Source: Candidatus Cloacimonadales bacterium
GTDB lineage: Bacteria; Cloacimonadota; Cloacimonadia; Cloacimonadales; JAIOQZ01
Assembly: GCA_963662655.2 (NCBI GenBank)
Contig: CAXXTU010000002.1
Location: forward strand, 3,584,001-3,648,000
DNA: 64,000 nucleotides
Direction: 5' to 3'
The notes below the pieces were generated by a model, which worked only from the letters and a program-made list of their open reading frames with translations, was not told the DNA's origin and ran no database searches. Shown in pieces: positions 38,816-46,995 of the stretch. The translations under genes and the position numbers were made by a program. How positions within the stretch are numbered: position 1 is the stretch's first letter; every line of letters begins with the position of its first letter.

Positions 38816-39976
38816 CTATTCCGCGTTCCGGACGATGCGGAAGCCGGTGCTGTTCCCACTGCTTGCTGGTGTGGTTCCGGCGCGAAAGGCAATCTGGCAG
38901 TAGAACGAGCTAAAACTGAAGTAGCCGCCACGGATTTCTCTGCGTGTACCCGTATCCGGTCCATGAGGATTGTCGGGCTCGGTGAGATTATCGAAGCTCG
39001 TTGACCAGTCCCAGCACCATTCAAGCACATTTCCGCTCTGGTCATACGTTCCAATACCGTTCGCCTGTTTCTCACCCACGGGATGCGCATGCCCACTGGA
39101 GTTCGAGCTATACCATGCGACATCATCACAATCGTTGCTGCCTGCATACGTGTAGTCCGGTGTGTTGGTCGCACCGCGTGCGGAGTATTCCCACTCCGCT
39201 TCAGTGGGAAGGCGATAGCCGTCAGCGCTCCAGTTGCAGGTTACAGTGGCTCCGCTGATAGTGTAGCATGGCGTGTAGCCGTCTATCTGGCTAAGCCAGT
39301 TGCAGTACTCCACCGCGCCGAACCAGGATACGTAGATCATTGGGCAGTTCGGAGACGTATTGTAGCTTCCACCCTGGAACACGTACTCGCCATTGATCCG
39401 ATAGATTCCGCTATCGCCGTTGATCTGGGTAACGCACTGATTGCCGTTGTATGCACCGGAGATATCCATGCTCACTTCGTTCATAAAAAGAAGGTATTCA
39501 GCGATTGTGAGCTCGAATGTGCCAATGTAGAACGCGTCCAGATTCACCGTGTGAATCGGAGTAGCCACGCCAGTACGCCCCATCTCAAAGCTACCGGCGG
39601 GGACATACACGAAGCCATCCGGTACCGGCGTTTGCCCGTCGTCGGCGGTGATCTTGAAGCGGAAGTCGTCGCCGCTCATATTGGGATGTTCCGCGAGAAC
39701 GTCCCACACGATGTGCTTGCCGTTTCCGGAGTAGATTCCCGGACCAATATCACCGGTCACGAGATTACAGCTTAGATTCCAAGTCGCGCCGTTGTCGTCG
39801 GAAACGTTCATCACGATCGTCATCTCGTCACCGTCGGCGTCGTAGAGGTTATAGTAGATATCCATCTTGCGGGAGCCGTCGTCACGTTGGGAAGCAGTTG
39901 TGTTCGACACCACCGGCGCTTCCGCGCTGAGCGCGATGCCGGTGAGTAAGGCGAGTATGAAGATAATCTTTCGCAT
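38816..39976 (-). CDS. Secreted Ig-like + FGE-sulfatase (SUMF1/CLec-fold) protein, paralog B
   Basis: AGGAGGAG RBS, signal peptide, YRLPTEAEWEYSARG, DQSGNVLEWCWD, RGG, GFRIVR. Confidence 0.9.
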   Translation of the reverse strand: MRKIIFILALLTGIALSAEAPVVSNTTASQRDDGSRKMDIYYNLYDADGDEMTIVMNVSDDNGATWNLSCNLVTGDIGPGIYSGNGKHIVWDVLAEHPNMSGDDFRFKITADDGQTPVPDGFVYVPAGSFEMGRTGVATPIHTVNLDAFYIGTFELTIAEYLLFMNEVSMDISGAYNGNQCVTQINGDSGIYRINGEYVFQGGSYNTSPNCPMIYVSWFGAVEYCNWLSQIDGYTPCYTISGATVTCNWSADGYRLPTEAEWEYSARGATNTPDYTYAGSNDCDDVAWYSSNSSGHAHPVGEKQANGIGTYDQSGNVLEWCWDWSTSFDNLTEPDNPHGPDTGTRREIRGGYFSFSSFYCQIAFRAGTTPASSGNSTGFRIVRNAE

Positions 39977-41000
39977 GTTCTCCTCCTATTCCGCGGTCCT
40001 GCAAAGGCGGAAGCCGATGAAGTAGTAGCCATTGGACGGCGTGTAGAGGTGGCGAATGGCAACCTCGCAGCCCCACGCGTAGTCGTACCAGCAGCCGCCA
40101 CGCATCCTACGGTACGAGCCGGTAGCAGGGCCATGAGGGTTGGTCTGTGTACCCGATGTATATGAACCATACCAGTCCCAGCACCATTCCCATACATTGC
40201 CGCTCTGGTCATACGTCCCAATACCATTCGCCTGCTTCTGCCCCACGGGATGGGGCTGTCTACCAGAGCCAGTATCAGAATTGTCGTAATACCACGCTAC
40301 ATCGTCAATTGTATCGCTCCCTGAATACAAATAGTCCGGGGTGTTGGTCGCACCACGAGCGCTGTACTCCCATTCCGCCTCCGTGGGAAGGCGGTAGCCG
40401 TTGGCGGACCAGTTCACATCGGGTGTGAAGCTGCCGCCCCAGTTGTCCGGATTCGTGTCACCGGATACGGAGTACACTGGCGTCAACCCTTCTTGAATGC
40501 TGCTATAGTTGCAGTATTTCACAACCGAATACCAAGAGACACGCTCCACAGGTCGTTGCATGTCGCCGGTGAAGTATGATGGATTGCTCCCCATCACATC
40601 CACCCATTCCTGTTGAGTTACCTCATACGTACCAATGTAAAACGCGTCCAAATTCACCGTGTGAATCGGAGTAGCTACGTCTGTCCGCCCCATCTGGAAG
40701 CTGCCGGAGGGGACGTATACAAAGCCATCCGGTACCGGCGTTTGTCCGTCGTCGGCTACGATCTTGAAGCGGAAGTCGTCGCCGCTCATATTGGGATGCT
40801 CCGCAAGAACATCCCACACAATGTGCTTGCCATTGCCAGAGTAGATCCCCGGACCAATATCGCCGGTCACGAGATTACAGCTTAGATTCCAAGTCGCGCC
40901 ATCGTCATCGGATACGTTCATCACGATTGTCATCGCGTCGCCGTCGGCGTCGTACACGTTGTAATTGATATCCACTTTGCGGGAACCGTCGTCGCGCTGG
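39520..41000. repeat. Direct repeat pair (about 39520-39890 and 40630-41000, offset 1110 bp)
   Basis: Long shared stretches such as GATCTTGAAGCGGAAGTCGTCGCCGCTCATATTGGGATG and CCGGTCACGAGATTACAGCTTAGATTCCAAGTCGCGCC, with mostly synonymous differences. Confidence 0.9.
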
Positions 41001-41086
41001 GTGGCGGTTACGTTCGTTATTTCGGGGGCCGTGCACCACAGGGCAATCGGCAGAAGTACAGCAAGGAGCATAAGTATTTTATTCAT
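39986..41086 (-). CDS. Secreted Ig-like + FGE-sulfatase (SUMF1/CLec-fold) protein, paralog A; candidate DGR target
   Basis: Signal peptide, EVTQ.EW...MGSNPS.F, YRLPTEAEWEY, QSGNVWEWCWD, RGGCW...IGFRL. Confidence 0.9.
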   Translation of the reverse strand: MNKILMLLAVLLPIALWCTAPEITNVTATQRDDGSRKVDINYNVYDADGDAMTIVMNVSDDDGATWNLSCNLVTGDIGPGIYSGNGKHIVWDVLAEHPNMSGDDFRFKIVADDGQTPVPDGFVYVPSGSFQMGRTDVATPIHTVNLDAFYIGTYEVTQQEWVDVMGSNPSYFTGDMQRPVERVSWYSVVKYCNYSSIQEGLTPVYSVSGDTNPDNWGGSFTPDVNWSANGYRLPTEAEWEYSARGATNTPDYLYSGSDTIDDVAWYYDNSDTGSGRQPHPVGQKQANGIGTYDQSGNVWEWCWDWYGSYTSGTQTNPHGPATGSYRRMRGGCWYDYAWGCEVAIRHLYTPSNGYYFIGFRLCRTAE

Positions 41087-41107
41087 CTCACAAATCCTTT
41101 CTTTATC

Positions 41108-44100
41108 TTAGAAAGCAACGGACACGACAACATAGAAATAACTGTCGGCGGCGGGTGCCTCGGCGTCCGTCCAGGTCAGGTTTTGAGTATTCGCCACGAG
41201 TTCCATTTCAGCCAGCGGAGCGTTGGGGGCATCGGAGCGATAGACCCTGTATGATTCCGCTCCGTAGGCCGCTTCCCAGGAGAGCTTCGCGCCGGTATCG
41301 GTCATCACGATTTGCAGGTTCGAGACAGCGTTCAGCATGGGCCGTGCCTGAAGCTCGTTTGCGTATGCGCTTTCCTTGCCGGAGACATCCACGGCCGTGA
41401 TTGTTACGTAGTAGGTCTCGTCGTTGTTCAGCCCCGTTATGGTGTAGCTATCGGTGATTCCCACCGTCACCGGTGAATTTTCGCCGTTCGAATTCGCGTT
41501 CCCATTGTAAGGGGCGCCGCTCTGGTCGGTATCGAACCAGATTCGGTATCCCGCAAGATCGGGATCGTCCACGGTCTCCCATGTGAGGCGAAGCGCTCTG
41601 TGTTCCGGCTGGATCGTGAGAAGCGCCGGCGTTTGCGGTGGAGCGATATCGTAAAGCGGAATCTCGATGATTCCCGAGGCGAATCCTTCCGTCGAGGTCA
41701 TGGACGCGACGATTGGCAATGCCACCATGTCGGACTGTACCTCGAACGAAGCCGTTCCCGACTGCACAGCCGCCTGGATGCCTTCCACGGTGGGATCGGA
41801 ATCGTCCGTCAGGATCGTTCCCCGGTTGGTGAACACGGTGAAAAGGGCCCCTTCGGAAACCGGCGTTCCGTCGTTGTTCAGGATATTGCTTGCGCTGACC
41901 GCCACGGTGGATGAACCGTCCGCAGCCAGGCTATCGGAATCGAGTTGCAGGTTCAGGCTACCCTGCGGAAGTCGCGGTGCGAGCGTGTAGGTGGTGAAAT
42001 ACGGAATGTGCGCCCGAACCAGGTTGGAATCCGGCACGACCGTTGAGGCGAGCGGCTGCCACGTACCTTCGTTGTCCTCCCAATATATCCCAAGCGTGTT
42101 CTCGTCGATACCGGCAACCGCGCTATCCGGGTACACGATGGTCAGCAGGGGATCGTCGTTCCACTCCTCTTCTCCAGGCTCGAACTTGAAGAAACCGCCA
42201 ATCCCGTAGTGCATGCCCACGGCTTGTTCGCGAACGAGGCGCAGGTTGTGCTTGTATCGCGCGATGGCCTTCTTCTGTTGCGAAGTCAATCCGGCCGTCT
42301 GCGGCTCTTCCTCGCCCCATTGCCAGTATCGATAGCTGGCCGAATCTACCGTTGCAGGTATGGAATTCTCTGTGATAACGAGGTTGGAACCGAGTACGTT
42401 CAGATCGATCTGCTGGCCCCTTCCGCCCATCCAGGAGAAGAAACCGCCTGCCAGTTGCGCCGCAATGACATCGACAAGTTCCTGATAGACGTTTCCCGCG
42501 AGAACATTGTTCCAGATTTCCGTCATGACTTCATCGAAGGTGATGCCGGGCTGTGGCGGATTGGGTTGTTCGGTTTGCAGGTACGGGTATCCCTTGACCC
42601 AGTAGCCGTTGGCAAGCTGGTAGGAGCGAGCGTTCGTCGCATTCATTCCGCCTCCCAGCTTGATCACGATGGCCGGGAACACGGGAAGCGGGAATTCGAA
42701 CCCGAGATTGAGATTGTAGCTTGATTTATCCTCGGCGTTGAAGCCGTATTTCAGTTGCACGGGGAGGTCGTCGTTCTGCTCCTCGTAAACGACTTCGAGG
42801 AAATCCATGATGTCCTGACGAAATGTCTCGTTGTTCGCGGATGCATTGACTGCCGCCGTCCCTATATTCCACATCTCCTGTGGTGTTTCCGCCACGTTGA
42901 GAAGCATGTTCTTCATGTTCGCGCTATCGATATCGATCCACGCGGAGTACCCCTGAACTTGCCCGGGCAGGTCGTACAGGTTCAATGACCCGAGGTTTGA
43001 TTCCAGCGACCCGGAGAGCTTGATCGACTGCCATGTATCGTTCGACCATGTGCCCTGTACCTGGAAATCGACCCCCAGATTCACGTTGGGATTCACAGCC
43101 GCGAGTCGCTGAGGATAGAAGAAGCTGAACGCGACCTTGTTTGCCGGAACGATTTTGGGGCCGATCCCCGCGTTGGCTTTGTATTCTCCGCCGAGATAGA
43201 AACGGCGTTTCACGGTTCCATTTGTGTAAACTTTTTTGCTGCCGCCCAGATGCGCGCTTGCGCCCAGACCCGCGCCCATGTTCATACCCAGCGGGAGATT
43301 ATCGAGGAAATTTACCGAAAGTCCCATAGATCCTTTGATGTCGAGCCCCGTTTCATCCGATACGCGAGAGATCCCGAGGCCGTTTTCCGCGTTGTTCTCG
43401 ATCAGAGCCTGCACGATCCACGAAAGGAAATTGACCGCGATCTGTCCGCCCGGAACGACAGAGCCTCCATAGACGATCGTCGGTTCCGCGAAGAGGTAGA
43501 ACGCCATGAGGGCTTCGAGGCCTTCGAGCTGATCGAGATCGAACTCGTATTCGTGCTGGTAGGGGAAGCTCGCCTGGGTTGACACTTTGGCTGTGCCGAC
43601 ATCGAGCAGGAGCGGTGGCCCGAGCTTCACATCGGCTCCCACGAAGAGGTCATCGCGGCGATAGATTTTGAACGCGCTCCAGTTCGGATTGTTGCTCAGC
43701 CCGTCCAGTTGCAGCTCGATTTTGGACCCGGAGCCGCCACCGGCGAATCCGGTCGCGGTCACGACACCGCCCGTGAGCCCTGCGCCGCCGTGGGCGTACA
43801 TGCGATATCCCCAGCTCGCGGTGTATTCGTAGGGGATTATCTCGCAGTCGAAGCATTGCTGATTATCCGGGGAAATGATTTCACCGTTTGCTTTGATCAC
43901 GGTGATGGTTTCCCCGTTGCCCGGAGCCCCGCTACCGATTATATCATGCGAAACGGGTACGGCGAAAACGCCGGCGTTCTGCATGTGAACGATGCTCGTG
44001 AGGAACTGGTATGGCAGCCGGCCTGTCTCGCACTGGATGATGTTTCCCTGCTCGTCTTCCGCCAGAAGATCGATGCCCATTACCGGCAGCCATGCGCCCT

Positions 44101-44380
44101 CGAGTTGCCCCTCTACCACGAACCACGCGTAGCCGTATCCGCCTTCCGGTATTTCCAGGACGGCTGGATTAGGCGCCTGCGAGACCGGCACAATGCGGTA
44201 GTCCGAGTAAGCGTTTTGCATTGTGTTGATGGTGACCGGACCCGAAATATCGTATCCCGTTCCGCCCATGATCGTGTTGATCGACACCGGGCCGGAAACG
44301 CCTTCCCCGATCTCGCGATCTTGCGCGAACAACGGTAGAAAAAGCATCGCAAAGAGAAGAATCACAGCAGTTCGTTTCAT
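41108..44380 (-). CDS. Large secreted protein: N-terminal tandem peptides, unknown Gly-rich core, invasin/Ig-like and FN3 domains
   Basis: Signal peptide MKRTAV...LFA; SLAADGSSTVAV (Big-like), LTW...DLAGYRI...YTITGL...YYVTITAVD.SG.ES (FN3), plus a final FN3-like domain. Confidence 0.8.
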   Translation of the reverse strand: MKRTAVILLFAMLFLPLFAQDREIGEGVSGPVSINTIMGGTGYDISGPVTINTMQNAYSDYRIVPVSQAPNPAVLEIPEGGYGYAWFVVEGQLEGAWLPVMGIDLLAEDEQGNIIQCETGRLPYQFLTSIVHMQNAGVFAVPVSHDIIGSGAPGNGETITVIKANGEIISPDNQQCFDCEIIPYEYTASWGYRMYAHGGAGLTGGVVTATGFAGGGSGSKIELQLDGLSNNPNWSAFKIYRRDDLFVGADVKLGPPLLLDVGTAKVSTQASFPYQHEYEFDLDQLEGLEALMAFYLFAEPTIVYGGSVVPGGQIAVNFLSWIVQALIENNAENGLGISRVSDETGLDIKGSMGLSVNFLDNLPLGMNMGAGLGASAHLGGSKKVYTNGTVKRRFYLGGEYKANAGIGPKIVPANKVAFSFFYPQRLAAVNPNVNLGVDFQVQGTWSNDTWQSIKLSGSLESNLGSLNLYDLPGQVQGYSAWIDIDSANMKNMLLNVAETPQEMWNIGTAAVNASANNETFRQDIMDFLEVVYEEQNDDLPVQLKYGFNAEDKSSYNLNLGFEFPLPVFPAIVIKLGGGMNATNARSYQLANGYWVKGYPYLQTEQPNPPQPGITFDEVMTEIWNNVLAGNVYQELVDVIAAQLAGGFFSWMGGRGQQIDLNVLGSNLVITENSIPATVDSASYRYWQWGEEEPQTAGLTSQQKKAIARYKHNLRLVREQAVGMHYGIGGFFKFEPGEEEWNDDPLLTIVYPDSAVAGIDENTLGIYWEDNEGTWQPLASTVVPDSNLVRAHIPYFTTYTLAPRLPQGSLNLQLDSDSLAADGSSTVAVSASNILNNDGTPVSEGALFTVFTNRGTILTDDSDPTVEGIQAAVQSGTASFEVQSDMVALPIVASMTSTEGFASGIIEIPLYDIAPPQTPALLTIQPEHRALRLTWETVDDPDLAGYRIWFDTDQSGAPYNGNANSNGENSPVTVGITDSYTITGLNNDETYYVTITAVDVSGKESAYANELQARPMLNAVSNLQIVMTDTGAKLSWEAAYGAESYRVYRSDAPNAPLAEMELVANTQNLTWTDAEAPAADSYFYVVVSVAF

Positions 44381-44818
44381 CTTTTCCATCCTTATATATC
44401 TTATTTTATGTATATTCAATTGTTTGTGAGCAACATCGCTGTTATCATTAATCCGAAAACCTGATCATGTCTTCCCCTGATTAGTTTGTTCAAACGCACT
44501 CGGAAAAAATTATCTCATCCGGTATGCAACGATTTACGGGCTTCCATCAAGCCTTCGGTTCATGCATTAAATGAGATAAAAATGGAACGGAGATTCGCGC
44601 TTTCGGGATTGGGCACACCATGAATCGCATGATATAACGATCTACAATGTATGAGATTCGAAAATCCGTACAGAATCTCGCTCAATATTCGTCGGTTCCG
44701 AATTTTCCATAAGTTGACATCTTTGAGAATATTTATATATATGTAAAGAAAAATGCAAAGCGTTTGATGAGAATCACTCGGCAGTGCGGTGAACAGATTT
44801 GAATGTCGTAAAATCTAA

Positions 44819-44843
44819 CCCGCGTGGTTCGCACGCGGGATTT
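44819..44843. terminator. GC hairpin downstream of the asparagine-synthetase-like gene
   Basis: CCCGCGTG / CACGCGGG inverted repeat. Confidence 0.45.
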
Positions 44844-44900
44844 CCAGGCAGCTATGGCAAGAATGCCTACAGCAATTTACTTCGGGGACATCCGGTAATA

Positions 44901-46673
44901 TTATTTATTCTCAATGAAATATTCGTGCCACAGATGGAACGTGTACAGCAATTTCAAAAGAGAGATATTCGACTTCGATTCCTGCCGTAAAAGCTCGTTA
45001 ACGTCAAAGTTGAAGTACTCGTATTTCTTCTTCGCGATGCTTTGAAACACTTTCTGATACCCTGGGTCCGTTTGGAACAGCTTCCAGTATGGCACATTCT
45101 TGGCAATTTTCTGACGGTAGACAAGATGGTGAGGAAGGTATTTCTCAATAGCCCTTTTCTCATGAACTCGATCCTGATAATCAAGGAACGGATACTTGCC
45201 CTTTGTCTGCTTCAGCGTTAGTTTCAGATGCAATTTCCTGAACGGGTGAATCTGGATGAGGTATTTATACAAAGCTTTGCTTCTGAAAGGGAATCCGCAT
45301 GCAAATGAATTCAGGTTGTACATGTAATTGAAGAAACCGACAACACGTTCCGTGTCCGCACTGAATATCGTGTATCGATGAATTTTGCCGATAGCGTCCG
45401 TATCGAATCGATTCATTTCTTGCACGTCATAGGAGAATGAATCGTAGATATCCGATTCCTTGAATGAGTTTCGTACGGCATTGTGCATGCCCGTAAGCTC
45501 AAACATTCCCAACATGATTTTCTCGTCAAAGTTGCCTTTCAGGGCTTGGCTGCTCAATTTCAGGTTCCTTGAGATACCCATCTTCTTGATATTCATCATC
45601 GAGAGAAGCTTGCTGATATAGGGATATTGATGGGTAAAAAGCATCTCGAAAGAAGCGTGGAACTGCCCGAATATTCCCGTACCGGTGCCGTTGATGAAAA
45701 TGGGAAATTGCTCCATGCCCATTGTCGATTCATGCATTTGCCTCAAGGTTTCAAACGCGATTCCTTCCGAGTCATAAATCCAAGGGAACCCGGTGTTCTT
45801 GATTGTGCTCTTGGTCAAGCTGAGGAAGTCTTTCGGGTCGTATTCGAAATAGCGCACCTTCGAGTGATTATACTCGGCAATGTCCTGAGTGTACTTGGCA
45901 TCCTGTCCACCGTGCATGAAGCTGTAATTGACCCCCTCATGATCGATACCTCGTTTTTGTAAAACACAATCGAGATAGCTGGAGTCCTTCCCTCCCGAGA
46001 AGGCTATAAAAGGAAATGGATTGTCCACACTCTTCAGGATGTTTTCAACAGAGTGGGTGAATATCTCGTCAGCCGTGTTGACGATCGTCTCATCATCGAT
46101 TTCTTTATAATCAACATGCTCGTAAGCATAAGCCTTCACAGGCCGTTTGGTCAGAGCTTTGTTTTGCGTGTCGTATTGCATTACCTCGAAAGGCAGAGCG
46201 AGTTGGATACCTTTGAAGAAGGTAATCGGGGCCGGCGTACTGATACTGAGGAAATAACGTGTGATCATTTCTTGCCGGGGCTCGAGTGTGATGAACTTCC
46301 TGAACGTCAGCAGGTTGTTGGAAATAATGATTCCCTTGTCCGGGCGATGGTAGTAAAAGAAGTAATTTGTTCTCAGGTTATCGGAGAAGAAAAGGACTCG
46401 GCCTTCAGCGATATGCACAAGAGAGAAACAGCCTTCCAGTTGTTCGGCAAATTCTTCAACATTGGTATTGACTCCCGCCCGAACCAGGTCTTCGACATCA
46501 GAAGACTCAACTCCATACTTCTCCCTCAGGGTGTGGAAGTTGGTTATCAAACCGGAGAATAAGATGCGAGTTGGATTTGCGGAGTCTTCAAGATAATGCA
46601 CATTCCCTGCATCATTTCTTTTGGGAAAATCACCATGAACAACACAGAAATTATTGATTTTGCCGTTTTGCAC
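44901..46673 (-). CDS. Asparagine-synthetase-like (PP-loop) protein
   Basis: AGGAGG RBS and GTG start; LEGCFSLV, FSD Ntn-like region, and AFSGGKDSS PP-loop. Confidence 0.75.
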   Translation of the reverse strand: MQNGKINNFCVVHGDFPKRNDAGNVHYLEDSANPTRILFSGLITNFHTLREKYGVESSDVEDLVRAGVNTNVEEFAEQLEGCFSLVHIAEGRVLFFSDNLRTNYFFYYHRPDKGIIISNNLLTFRKFITLEPRQEMITRYFLSISTPAPITFFKGIQLALPFEVMQYDTQNKALTKRPVKAYAYEHVDYKEIDDETIVNTADEIFTHSVENILKSVDNPFPFIAFSGGKDSSYLDCVLQKRGIDHEGVNYSFMHGGQDAKYTQDIAEYNHSKVRYFEYDPKDFLSLTKSTIKNTGFPWIYDSEGIAFETLRQMHESTMGMEQFPIFINGTGTGIFGQFHASFEMLFTHQYPYISKLLSMMNIKKMGISRNLKLSSQALKGNFDEKIMLGMFELTGMHNAVRNSFKESDIYDSFSYDVQEMNRFDTDAIGKIHRYTIFSADTERVVGFFNYMYNLNSFACGFPFRSKALYKYLIQIHPFRKLHLKLTLKQTKGKYPFLDYQDRVHEKRAIEKYLPHHLVYRQKIAKNVPYWKLFQTDPGYQKVFQSIAKKKYEYFNFDVNELLRQESKSNISLLKLLYTFHLWHEYFIENK

Positions 46674-46995
46674 ATATCCTCCTAATACGATCTATTCAGA
46701 AGTCCTTTATCTTAAACGGATTCAGTAACATCATTGTTTACTGTATATTTGTTTTTTCTTTTACCGATATTTTTCCGTGCCGATATCCCATGTCAAGGAA
46801 TTTAAGGGCAGCAAGTGTTCGCATTCACTACCGTGCTGACATGTAAATTTCTCCCTCATGACAGAGTTTATCGTCAAGTCATCGCACTTCCCTGCGTTGA
46901 ATGGTTGAGAAGGAGCGATATATAGAGTAAAGGTCGCAAGAAGGAATAGCCGGGAAGAAATTTCACAGCAACCGAGTTTTCAATACACATTCCTT

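Noticed and set aside
38594..44380. Genomic island integrated at tRNA-Arg
   Set aside because: No integrase and no duplicated tRNA 3' end found in the window.
44430..46990. Lasso peptide cluster around the asparagine-synthetase-like gene
   Set aside because: No precursor, RRE (B1) or transglutaminase-like (B2) gene seen.
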